Below, piece by piece: positions 52,536 through 64,000 of a stretch of 64,000 nt of DNA. How positions within the stretch are numbered: the stretch's first letter is position 1; each line of letters opens with the position of its first letter. The position numbers and the translations under genes are program-made. The DNA is from Hormiphora californensis (Eukaryota; Animalia; Ctenophora): the NCBI GenBank assembly GCA_020137815.1, contig CM035352.1, forward strand, positions 186,001 to 250,000. The letters run 5' to 3'. The notes under the pieces are model-generated. The model saw nothing but the letters and a program-made list of their open reading frames with translations, made no database searches and had not been told where the DNA came from.

Positions 52536-53878
52536 CAATAACAAACACGAGTGTTTTAGAAAACAATTGTTTCACTACCAGTTGCCTGGTAGATCATCAG
52601 TTCCGATAATGAAATATCAACAAACAAACAAATCAATCCCTGCTCCTTTAGAAACATTTTAATAACATGAACTTCCGGGTGTGTCTGCATTTTCCCACAA
52701 CTTCCGAGCGCTTGTTCAGGGGGGTTATATCCGTCCTCTTGGAGTTTTCCAATATTTGTACTTTCTCCGTGGTGCAGAGGTCGCACGATTGTGTTGGTCC
52801 ATTGGGTGGGTGCCCTCTGTCGATAACCTTCCACTCTATGGTGAAGTCGGTGTTGCTGTCTTTCAATTCCCATACATGTTTCGACAGTTCAGTTGACTTC
52901 CTCGCATTTTCCCTCCTGAAGCTGCTCTGGTGTGCATTGTATCTGGTCTTGAATTGATTTTCCGTAAGACCAACGTAGCTGGATGTTCCAGTTTGTGTTG
53001 TTACACTGGCCTCGTAGATCACACCTTTTTGTAGACACTTTTGTTGCAGGGGACATTCAGCTGTTCTTCTACAGTTGCAGGACCGCTCTGTGTTGGCTGG
53101 CACTCCACTGCTTTTCAATACCCGTTTGTTGTGGGCCTTGATGATCTGGCTCATATTGGGCAGGGTGCTAAAGCTGACTTTAACGGTTCTTCTGTTAAAT
53201 AGCTTGCGGAGAGGGTGGCCTATGTAGAAGTGTGAGTCCAGTAGTTGGAGGAATTTCTTGCCGATGTTTGTTTTGGTTAACTGTGAATATGGCGGGGTAA
53301 ACCAGATCACGTTCCTCTTCCTCCTCCTCTTCTTCCTCTTATTTGTGCCGGGCTCTGTGTAATTGAGGAGTCCTTCGAAGTTGCTTCTTTTCAATGCCTC
53401 CTCGTATGGTCCCTTGGCCTCCATGAACTTCTCTCGGTCGGATGAGAGTTCTGAAATCCTCTTCTCTATCATCTTCGGCAGGTTCTTCTTGATTGACACT
53501 GGGTGGTTGGACCTTTTGTCAACATAGAGTATGGTATTGTCTTTTTTGACGTAAGGTGCGACCTCTGCACCACGGAGAAAGTACAAATATTGGAAAACTC
53601 CAAGAGGACGGATATAACCCCCCTGAACAAGCGCTCGGAAGTTGTGGGAAAATGCAGACACACCCGGAAGTTCATGTTATTAAAATGTTTCTAAAGGAGC
53701 AGGGATTGATTTGTTTGTTTGTTGATATTTCATTATCGGAACTGATGATCTACCAGGCAACTGGTAGTGAAACAATTGTTTTCTAAAACACTCGTGTTTG
53801 TTATTGTACAGTACTCCAGGAAAATTTCATTGCCCTGTCGAGTTCTCCTGAGGACGCAATCCCCACAAATCACAGTGA
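52536..53878 (-). mobile_element. 5'-truncated Naiad-type Penelope-like element with an inverted 3' segment
   Basis: RKRNVIWFTPPYS, CNCRRTAECPLQQKCL, VIYEASV...YVGLTENQFKTRYNAH, CDLCTTEK, LNKRSE...CRH. 52534-52790 is inverted at 53556-53808. 12-bp TSD attattgcatta. Confidence 0.9.
53736..53786 (+). ncRNA. Minimal hammerhead ribozyme motif (mirror copy at 52557-52606 on the - strand)
   Basis: GGAA-CTGATGA-T-CTACCAG-GCAA-CTGGTAG-T-GAAAC-AATT-GTT-TTCT. Confidence 0.72.
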
Positions 53879-54454
53879 ATTATTGCATTATGTATTCATA
53901 ATGCGGTGTTTCCCTGCCACAAATGGATTTAAAATTGATGAATAAGCTTCAAAACTGGATTGAAATGGCGTTTTTTGCGCTTTTTTGCCCTAGATGCGAT
54001 TTTCTCCTTTGGATACTTTTATATATTTCCGCCCACGGTCCTGCGTAGTTCCCAGAGGTCCCCTTTAGGTCACACAACCGTTCGTTTTGCTGGGGGACTC
54101 GGTCGAGGTTGAACGTCCTTCAGGGACACCGTGTATGGTAACCAAAGCAGTTGCCTAGCTAGGAGAGCCCAATTAGTTACCAAGAACTTCAACTTTAATC
54201 GCATCTCAACTTGAGTCACTAGTACTAGTGACTGTAGTTTCATGCTTGGAAGACGTTCAACCACTTCATGGCATGGCTGTAGGGCGCCCGGAGTGATTTC
54301 TGGTGATAGTAGGAAGTGCTATCAGCGAGTAATTCGTGCCACAATGTGCGTTAATCATTTCCGTTGTTGAATCAACGAAGCGTGAGATCAAAGTTTTATG
54401 AAGGAGCAGACTTGTTGTTAGGCGTTTTCCGGGACGGACGGACACATTTAGTTA

Positions 54455-56591
54455 GGTGTGCGGACTGTAGTGCTACACTCTAAGTCTACAGTGGACTCTA
54501 TATCTAAATTTAGATTTAGATAAAGAGTCCAAATAAGTCTAAACTCTAGGAGGACTCTATATCTAAAAAGTCTACACAGGGCGGACTCCTTATCTAAAAA
54601 GTCTAAACAAAGTGGACTCTATATCTACATAAATCTAAATTAGATATAGAGTCCGCCTTTCGCCGCGAACTCGAGATTTCGGCCGTTAGGCCGGAAACGA
54701 GAGTTTGCTCTACCCCTATACTAATTTAGAAGTGTTAGGGCCGTTATTTGGGTTCGAGGTTAGGGTTAGTGTTAGGGTTAGGTTTTGGGTTGGGTTAGGA
54801 TTTTAGACATAGAGTCCGGGTTGGAGGATTTGGTGCCAAAATGTACTAGAGGACTCTATACAAGGTGGGCCACGGATTGTTGGTCATGGTTAGCGAGGTG
54901 GTGTGTCAAAACGGTGATAGTTGTGAGAATACAAATTATGGGAGCACTCTGGATCAATTCCTTGGTAACTTTTTCCATAATTTTCTGTCAAAAATTCGAA
55001 AATTCATTTTTCATTCCTTCATTCATGTCTCGTTCATTCATAATGTGAGCATCCTAATTTTCCATCATTAAGCTATTTTTCTTTGGCTTGAATTTATCTT
55101 TCCAATGAGCACCATAAAAATGAAATTGAATCACCAGGTCACACAGCAGTTGAGGAAATGTTCATGCATGATTTTGGCTCTTTTTGTGACTTTCAATGAG
55201 CTATATCACGGCGACCTTCCGTTCAATCTTCTTAAAAATTTGGGAAAACATTGGATAAGCAAAGATCTTTGCTCACAAGAAAAATCAAGGTCAAAGGTCA
55301 AAGTTCATTTTACATTTTTGTTAGTTCATTCCGTTCATTCAGGAACCAACATCCCTAAAGTGATGAAAATGCTTGGGTTTTGTTTGGCCCATGTCCTGCA
55401 ATGACAGAGAGGTGTAATAGCGTGTTTCCGGGCTAGTTTGTGGGTATCCATGTGATCATGATGATATCTGACACCTTTTCTGAACCATACTTGAGGGATT
55501 TTCTCAAATTCAAGCATGTAACTTGGTTTTTCTGCGATTAGTACCGTGCAACAATGTTATGAGATCTCATCAAACCTCAAAAATGATGATTAGCTCAATG
55601 AAATTAGTTGATTTATGATCGACATTGTTCGTTTCGTTCAATTTGACATCGGTTTTAATCTTTTCAATCGTAAATCAACTAATTTCATTGAGCTAATCAT
55701 CATTTTTGAGGTTTGATGAGATCTCATAACATTGTTGCACGGTACTAATCGCAGAAAAACCAAGTTACATGCTTGAATTTGAGAAAATCCCTCAAGTATG
55801 GTTCAGAAAAGGTGTCAGATATCATCATGATCACATGGATACCCACAAACTAGCCCGGAAACACGCTATTACACCTCTCTGTCATTGCAGGACATGGGCC
55901 AAACAAAACCCAAGCATTTTCATCACTTTAGGGATGTTGGTTCCTGAATGAACGGAATGAACTAACAAAAATGAAAAATGAACTTTGACCTTTGACCTTG
56001 ATTTTTCTTGTGAGCAAAGATCTTTGCTTATCCAATGTTTTCCCAAATTTTTAAGAAGATTGAACGGAAGGTCGCCGTGATATAGCTCATTGAAAGTCAC
56101 AAAAAGAGCCAAAATCATGCATGAACATTTCCTCAACTGCTGTGTGACCTGGTGATTCAATTTCATTTTTATGGTGCTCATTGGAAAGATAAATTCAAGC
56201 CAAAGAAAAATAGCTTAATGATGGAAAATTAGGATGCTCACATTATGAATGAACGAGACATGAATGAAGGAATGAAAAATGAATTTTCGAATTTTTGACA
56301 GAAAATTATGGAAAAAGTTACCAAGGAATTGATCCAGAGTGCTCCCATAATTTTTATTCTCACAACTATCACCGTTTTGACACACCACCTCGCTAACCAT
56401 GACCAACAATCCGTGGCCCACCATCTAAAAATTCTACACAGGGCGGACTCTTTATCTAAAAAGTCTACACAGGGAGGACTCTTTATCTAAACTTTTTTCA
56501 AAATCTAACTGTAGATAAAGAGTCCGTTTTTAGATATAGAGTCCGCCTTCGATTTAGATAAAGAGTCCGTTAGCACTAGAGTCCGCCCACC
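54455..56591. mobile_element. Mutator-like non-autonomous element (same family as 30109-31181) containing a foldback
   Basis: GG...CC TIRs and a 9-bp TSD atttagtta. Confidence 0.8.
54864..56422. repeat. 1.56-kb near-perfect inverted repeat (foldback element, ~755-bp arms, ~47-bp spacer)
   Basis: ggtgggccacggattg...caatccgtggcccacc. The ORF track shows mirror ORFs on both strands. Confidence 0.93.
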
Positions 56592-57039
56592 ATTTAGTTA
56601 ACCCCCTCGATCTGCTGATTTCTAAACCCTGAATGATATTTTTAGCACGTGCATGCTAAAAAACATCATCCGATCTCGATTTGATCTCTGAGCTCAAAAA
56701 ACTACTCGATTCGATTCGATCTCTCGATCTTTCGATTCGATCCGATATTATCGCCGGTTCCTAAACATAACGGTGAATTTCCCTGCCGCGTGAACCTGTG
56801 AAGAAAATATATATTCATAGGGCAGTGTGTCCTTATACTAGCACTACAATGACAGACCTGAACACCTTGCAATTAAAACTAAAATGTACATCTTTGATTT
56901 TGATTTTCAACGTTCAAATGAATACCGAAACAATATCATGTACTCAAAAGAACGAGGCAGGCTCACCGAATGAGCGCTTACACCGCTAAAACACTTTAAA
57001 TCAACTAATATTATATAGAAATTAATATTGTCCACTTTT

Positions 57040-58007
57040 CAGTCCTTCTTATCTATCTTAATCACACTACCTCTCACAATATCCCACTTAAAGTGTGGCT
57101 CAGTGTCTTTCTGTCACTTTAACTCAGCAACAAGTCTCTTTCTCTCACTTCTCTCCTCAACAGTCCTGTCCGGACAAATGTACACATCGTTCATCCCGTC
57201 CACTTCCCTCAGCATCCCAGACCTTGCCAGAATGGAGCGTACCATATCTCGGTTGTGTAGTACCACCTTGACAGGCCGCTTCCTCCCGATTACCTTCTCG
57301 CCTAGCCTCCTACAGCTTACCAATTTAGGCTTCTCATTGGTGTGTTCCAACACATTCAGAACAACATCCTCAGTCTTTTCCTCTCCATCAGACTCCATCA
57401 ACCCGTAGAAAATCAGGTTGCTGGACCTGTCCTCCACACTGGACGCCTTCACCATGGCTGCTTGTAGCTTCCTAGGGGCAAGCGAGGCAGTGCAGCTCTT
57501 CTTTACAACTGCTGCATAGCACTTCAGTTCTTCTTTGACAGAGGAAACTGTGTCCTCAATCTTCTTGCTCTTCTCAGAGAGGAGAGAGCTCTGGAGAGAT
57601 ATCACCGTCTCTTGACAAGATAGCAACGCTTCCTGAGACTTAATAACAGCCTCTTGCATGGAATTGATCTTCCCTGTTACCTCTTCCAGCTTTTTATCTG
57701 TCTCCTCTAGCTTTTTTGTCTTATCTTTGAACAACTCAGCGTCCACTTCCACAACATATGGCAGGATCACCATATGACAGAACCAGGCATAATTCTGGAT
57801 CATGTTTATCAATTCAGGCTTGTTCTTCGTGTTCAGCCTAGCTGCAGTAACTCTTGATGAATCAAAACTGTTACCGCGGCTCTGGCACGCAGCATCATTT
57901 AGTAGACTCTCTACTGCCTTCATCACACTCGCTGAGGGACATGCTTCATCTGTCAGTCCATTACTTTCACACCACTGTGTGAATTTTTTGCTGTGCATCT
58001 CCACCAA
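57040..58007 (-). pseudogene. Near-complete LINE ORF1 (coiled coil plus RRM-like) with no ORF2 downstream
   Basis: 297-aa ORF with LAPRKLQAA...DRSSNLIFYGL...RPVKVVL...VYICPDRTVEER; probable premature stop at 57114. Confidence 0.78.
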
Positions 58008-58439
58008 TGTAGAGTGTGTACAACAATCGCTCGTACAAACGGTGCAGGTCAGGAGCTCAGAAAATCAAACAAAATAGATAAGAAGTAGGAAGTTGTTTCC
58101 GCTCTAGGGCTAAATAATTGCTTAGTATTAACTAGCCTTCTAAAACGGTTCAAATTGTGTAGAAAAATGGTTTTTATTTTCTAGGTCTAACTAGAACGTC
58201 CTAAAAAACTGTCATAAAGTTAAGACATTTTTCAAATCAACCAAATTTCTTTGAGCTCAACTTACATCCTGAAGATGGCTTCTGATTGAAAGATGGAGAC
58301 TACTACTACTGACGATAGTGCGTTTTTCGCCATAGCGACCTCAATTCTTGTCCAATCGATCTCAAACTTGGTCAGCATCTTTATCTACGTAAGCCTGATA
58401 ATAATTATTCACCATCATGACGTTATAACGTCGTGACGT

Positions 58440-58690
58440 CACGCCTTAATTGCAACTGCCCATACCACCAACACAATATAATACCGTGTGACATCCAGCA
58501 CGCTGTATGCAGGGCAACCTGCAATTTCTGCCACCAAGTATATATCGGAGTAACCAACCGCCCCCTCAAAGCCAGACTTGACGAGCACGAATCAGCAACA
58601 AGATTGGGTAATCTTGATTGCTCGACCCTGGCCGAACATGCAAACATGGCCCACTTCCATCACCTAACAGGGACCAGGGGCACCTGGCAA
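58440..58690 (+). pseudogene. Penelope GIY-YIG endonuclease fragment
   Basis: CNCPYH...RATCNFCHQVYIGVTNRPLKARLDEHESATR; homologous to the 41116-42040 ORF. Confidence 0.8.
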
Positions 58691-58922
58691 ACAAGAATTA
58701 TTATTGCATTATGTTTCATAAGGGCCCAGTTAGAGATTTGAAACCGGGCGTCAGTTTCCTGCTGACACTGTCGCGTGGCGCTACTTTCAATGCAATTCAC
58801 ATCGAAATCCCTGCTAGTCATCGAAGATGTCGCGCGCAGTATGGTTCATAAGGATTCTCCCAGCTGTCAGTTTGCAACTGGACCGTAATTAATGCTGTGT
58901 TTCCCTGCCAACGAATACTGTA

Positions 58923-60027
58923 CCGCCTGGGCCAGAAAAAAGTCATGGTACGCCGAGCCTAATATCTCCCAAATCTTAACTCCAATCACTCTAATATTTT
59001 GACACAATATTTGTATGGGTACTCATTCGAGGAATCCAGAGTTTCAGCCCTCTGGACAAAAGTTCATTTTTTTCGCCCGAATGAATATCGAATGAACACC
59101 AAAACGGGACCATATTTCGGTACCAAAGTTTCACAAATTTGTTTGGCTACCGATTTTCTTTCGAACGCGACCAGTTTGAGCTTAATTGGGTCACCACAAG
59201 AATCTCAGTGACCAGTTTACCAAGCCTAGGTTGGGTCATGTGATCCCCATCAAATTATGACGTGTTAGCAAGAAAACTTACATTCTAACGGACGCTGTAT
59301 CGGTACACCGTCCTCATTAGCAGATGTGATACGTGATACTCGACCGTTACACCTGCTTATTGGCACTTCTTAATGACACTAGTGTCTCAATGGGGTCAGA
59401 TGACCAGATCTAGGGTTAGAACACTAACCACTGTGTCACTTGTGGTGGTCCAATTGAGCTAAAATTAGTCGCGTTTGAAAGGAAATAGATATCCAAAGGC
59501 AACTGTGAAATTCCGGTTCGAAAAAGCATTCCTGTTTTCAAGTTCATTCAGGATTAATTCCAGTCGGAAAAATGAACTTTAAGATAGAGCCCTAAAATTC
59601 CGGCTAACATCAACATTGATCAATTGGAATGGCCGTACCAATTTATAGCGCCTGAAATTGCCAATTTCTTGTCAAAACGGGTCAAAATCGATTTTCGGTA
59701 AAAATGAACATTTTTCAATTGCTTATTTCACCCATAAAAACTTATCCAATTTCAATAAAAATGCAGATTGCCATTTGTTGTTACTTCTTCTATTACATGG
59801 CTGCTTTTTTTAGAATAAAATCGAATATAATAAAGAGAAAACTCGAAAAAAACCAAAAAAATGAAAAATAGGGCTCATTAATGAATTTTGAAGTTTTAGG
59901 AAGTCAAACTCCGGATTCCTCGAATGAGTACCCATACAAACATTGTGTCAAAATATCAGAGTGATCGAAGTTAAGATTTGGGAGGTATGAGGCTCGGCGT
60001 ACCATGACTTTTTTTTGGCCCAGGCGG
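58923..60027. mobile_element. TA-flanked TIR element (related sequence at 1-430)
   Basis: TA-ccgcctgggccagaaaaaagtcatggtacgccgagcc...ggctcggcgtaccatgacttttttttggcccaggcgg-TA. Confidence 0.8.
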
Positions 60028-61313
60028 TACAACTGATCACCGATAAACGATGAGATCTGGTAAGCGCCGCTCACACACCAGACGATGCCATGCAATGTGA
60101 TCTGATCGTCATCCACATTCCACGTAAGCCCTAATTACAATGTTATGTGACACTAAGCTATGCATGGGAAACTTCTCGCGTTCCCTCAGTTACCATACTA
60201 ACGAGCTGAGCTTTCAACGCCTTTAAGTTTCAAGAAGTTAAATCCATTCGATGGCTAATAGCACCGCTATGCTGTAACATTCGAGGTGTGCTAAGTGAAA
60301 ATTTTGTCGACTTGGCCAAAAGGTTAAGGGTAGATATGAAACTATGGACAATTGTCTACTACATCCTGAAAACGGAATTGGGATAGTGTATGTCAATTAC
60401 GTGGGCCAGGCGATTAAAAAAGTTTACTTTTTTACCGAAAAAAGGAAAATATGTGTGTTTTACACCAGTGTTTGGCATGTTCTTGATATCAACTTTTTAT
60501 GGTCAGGGTCGTGTTCAGCGGTTTGATACCGATCAGAATAGATGTGTATCATGAAAGTTAGCCAAAGGTCATTTTTGACCTGAAAATGTTCATTTTGGAC
60601 CAAAAATGTTCATTTTTGACTAAAAATGTTCATTTTGGCCATTTTCTTCAATTTTGAGAGCTTTTTCATGAACGGGATCGTGTTCAAAAGTAGTCGGTTA
60701 CAACCGGAATTTGGTTTCCGACAAATAAAATCTCAAAAAGTTGAAATTCGTCTCAACTAATACTGCAAAGTAGGAAAATGTGCAAGAAAAAAAGATGAAA
60801 AAAAAATAAAATTTTCATTATAAAATGGAGTTCTGAAGGTGCAGACTGGAAATAATGGTTGTACTGGTTCTCATGAGGCGATTCATATGTGTGGTTTTTT
60901 CGAAATAACGCCCCAAAAAACATTTTTTGATATGAATATGCCCATATATGGGCATACATCAGCCCACGTAATTGGGCCAGGGTAGGACTAAAATTTTTTT
61001 ACCAAATGTTTTAGAATGATCGTAGGAACTCATTCTAGGGGTAAACTTTGTGAAAATTGGATTTGATTTATGAGTTTGGAAAAATAGCACACCCTAGTAT
61101 ACATACGCTGCATTTTGAGCGTGCGCCACCGAAATCCGTAGTGTAATAACTTAGCAGACGATGCTTTCAAAATGGATCGGTTGTCATGTGCACAGCGCCG
61201 GTAACGGTGGACGGACGGACACGATCTGCTGATTTCTAAACCCTGAATGATATTTTTAGCATGTGCGTGCTAAAAACATCATCCCGAAGGGCATTCACCC
61301 GTGCAGGGAAAAA

Positions 61314-61793
61314 TTAAGATTCGTCCCTACTATAGTTTGCACTTCCGCAATAACATCGTCTCTCAAGGAGGTGTGCCTGTAGTTTTACAAGCTCAGCTTG
61401 TGCAGCAACAAGGGCTCTCTGAGCTGAGATAACCTCTTCTTGACGTTCAAAACACTTCGTCTCCATCTCCCTACACTTTCTTGCTTCTCTGAACGTTTTC
61501 TTCATAGCGGGGTACGCTTTCTCAATAAGAAGCTTAGAGGCTTTGGTTACCCATTCCACCAGCTCGACTTTGTTGATGCTGCTGATCTTGGATTTGGTCG
61601 GTACTGGAAGATCATCCCACAATCCAACCTCCTCCACGTCATCGTACTCGGAACCAATTATCTCCTGCTTCTTAATTCCCGCGAGAAACAAAATATCCTC
61701 AGACAAACCCACCATATCATGACGGAGAGAGTCATACTCATCAAAGTTTATCTTTCCGGTGTCTTTCAATTTGATTCTGGGGTCGATACTCAT
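61314..61793 (-). pseudogene. N-terminal part of a LINE ORF1-like protein, cut by a HINE copy
   Basis: Coiled coil QEEVISAQRALVAAQAELVKLQ resembles the corresponding region of the 57114-58007 ORF. Confidence 0.55.
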
Positions 61794-61899
61794 CGTTTAG
61801 AAACAACGAGTAACGGTTATTCTCTGTGCGTGATTAGATATTGCAGTGTGGAAGATAACGAGACAAGCAACCAAAGAAAATTAACTTCCTACAAAAAAA

Positions 61900-61906
61900 A
61901 GAGAGG

Positions 61907-61988
<82 letters not shown>

Positions 61989-62030
61989 AAGAGAGACAGA
62001 GAAAGAGAGAGTGAGTGAGAGAAATCAGAG
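61900..62030. repeat. (GA)n microsatellite
   Basis: Directly visible. Confidence 0.95.
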
Positions 62031-62161
62031 AGGGAAAGATATTGATCTGATATAACCCGGAGAGGTTTGACAATAAAAGTGGTCACCTTTCCAGCCAACT
62101 AATTTCTGTTAGTTTTTGGCAAAATAGATAAATATCATTTTAGCACTATTACTTTCCATAG

Positions 62162-62382
62162 GTTTTGAAAGTTCTGAAGCCAAAATTAGACGGTACGAAT
62201 TGGCCGAATGAAGAAGAAAACTTAACTTGGTCTGACTATCATACCTTGGATGATAAGACCGAAAATGACGTAACAAAACAGTTTATTTATGAAGACTTGG
62301 ATTCTTTTCAAGGGGTGATCTATATTGATAAGGATTATGTGTGCACAACTACAACCGATGCAACTGTTTTTTCTACTGGCAA
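62162..62382 (+). CDS. dsRBD protein, probable exon 4; the gene continues beyond the window
   Basis: tttccatag acceptor; VLKVLKPK completes the last dsRBD2 helix, then an acidic linker and ...QGVIYIDKDYVCTTTTDATVFSTG; GTAAGT donor, phase 2. Confidence 0.7.
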
Positions 62383-64000
62383 GTAAGTTTTGTTTTAACA
62401 GCTAGAAGGGGGGTAATCATGGTGACAAGTGGTGACAGATGGTGACTCATCTGACCATTTAGGGTATCTCACCATCACCATTTTCTCCATTTGTCACAAT
62501 TTTTTGATATTGATTGATTTGATAAAACTTATTAGTTTCCTTAGACCGATATATTTGTTCATTATAAGTTGTTAACATGGCCACTCCGGATCAGCTAGTA
62601 GTGTTTTGGAACGCTAAAAAAGTTACGTTGAGGGTGCACTGCCTCCCCTGCACAACACATTAAAGCGCAATTAATCACCTGTAACCCCTTATTTACATCC
62701 AGTCGACTTGAATCTTGGTAGAAGTGCTCTAGTTTTTTTTTATAATTGTCCCATAACATCATACTGTGTGTTTTTAAATGACTGAGACTGTTCAAATCGA
62801 CATAGCGTGAAAAGTTGTGAATATTTTACTCTGAAATTTTAGGACAAAGTAGATGGCTACCCGCCATTTTTTGTACTTGAATTTCAGCAAAATCGGTCGT
62901 TGCTGAATGAACCTGTAGCCCAAAAACCTTCTCTAACTTTGAGCGCTCAAATCTCTGCATCCTGTTCAGGTAGAGAGCTCAAACTTTCACAATATCACTG
63001 CGCTGGCAAGCGCAAAGGTTGCCATTCCCCCTCCCCAAAAACGCCGCCAGAAACGCAGTTATACGTTTGATGGGTGTTTGGCTGAAATACCGGATTTCGA
63101 AAGGCTATAGCGTCGCTCACTTTCATCCGATTGACTTGAAATTTGGAATGTATACCCGGCTTGGGGTCTTTGACTCTAGTTTAAAATTTAAAGTCTCTAT
63201 TTCATCTAGAACTGAAGTTACAGATAGGTCCCATATGTGCGCGCGTAGAAGAGACGCTTTTTATAAACCATATTCACGCCAAACGAAAAGAGATAGAAAC
63301 TATTCGTTTTCACAGCTGGTAGATCTACTGGATGTGTGTGCATTAGTCGAGGTGGGGTCCGTTTTAATTGCCAGGAACGTCCTACAGAACGTCTTAAAGT
63401 CGTCAATTTTCAGACTCTGACCAAAATTCTTTGAGCTCAATTTACACCCTCAAGACGGATTCTAATCGAAAAACGAAGACTATATCATGGAAAGAGAATT
63501 GTCTAAACTTTCAGAAATTAAATGGCGAATTTTCAAAACTACATGTACAGGGTCTGTCACCAGTGTCGCATCGTTTTGAAATTCTCCGCACAAACGACTA
63601 GCACAAAATGACAACTTGCAAAGAATTGCTTGCTGCTCAGTTTGTTTTTATGTTAGCGAATTGAAACAAAGTACATCGTTTAGAGAATTTAATTGTCTAT
63701 GTCTAGGTGAAAACTAGACGAAAAATGAGCAAGTTCAGGTGAAACTAGAGAAATCTAAAAAGTGACCTCAAAAAAACGTCTTTTCGACCAAATATTTTGA
63801 AATCGCCATAGCTCTGGAAGTGAAGAGTAGGTCGAACAGTTTTGTCTGAATTTTCACGTAGTACCGGTTTTAACCTGATAGGACCAACCACCAATGAGCC
63901 TACCTCAAAAAACTTTGAAACAACCTGATTTTTTCAAAATTTCGCTCTTCCCGAGAATTTTGGAAAAGTATCGTATCATTTTCGCGATTTTGATACGACA

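Larger units (their letters stand above)
51408..56763. mobile_element. hAT-like TIR element with ttcgatctcga repeats, expanded by nested insertions
   Basis: taggaaccggc...gccggttccta. The same repeats occur at 51430-51760 and 56670-56745. Confidence 0.65.

Noticed and set aside
52648-53661. Intact 337-aa gene or selenoprotein-type Naiad
   Set aside because: The N-terminus is antisense read-through of the inverted segment, the RT core is missing, and the retained part has no in-frame TGA.
55105-56181. Duplicated small genes on opposite strands
   Set aside because: They are mirror ORFs from a palindrome with no recognisable protein features.

Overview
This is eukaryotic, animal-type genomic DNA: it has GT-AG introns, TTAGGG-like tracts and a very high load of nested transposons. 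A non-bilaterian invertebrate such as a ctenophore is my guess, but the sequence alone cannot show this. Two host genes lie on the + strand. The first is a complete 5-exon uroporphyrinogen decarboxylase (UROD, 370 aa, 14754-34245) with a 14.4-kb transposon-filled intron 1. The second I assembled by eye from 4 in-phase exons (46534-62382); it encodes two dsRNA-binding domains plus the start of an unidentified domain and runs off the window. Almost everything else is mobile DNA: CR1/L2-type, CRE-type and RTEX-type LINEs, several ORF1-only LINE pieces, and Penelope-like insertions carrying hammerhead ribozymes. There is also a non-autonomous Polinton/Maverick, Helitron and Helentron-like elements, many TIR/foldback MITEs and several satellites. 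The most unusual items are a TSD-flanked 4.3x tandem array of a 320-bp unit containing a tRNA-like Pol III gene with a broken anticodon arm, the two-dsRBD gene, three Penelope-type insertions that share one inverted architecture and carry variant hammerheads, and the mini-Polinton with unrecognised cargo. Coordinates were counted by hand and may be off by a few bases.
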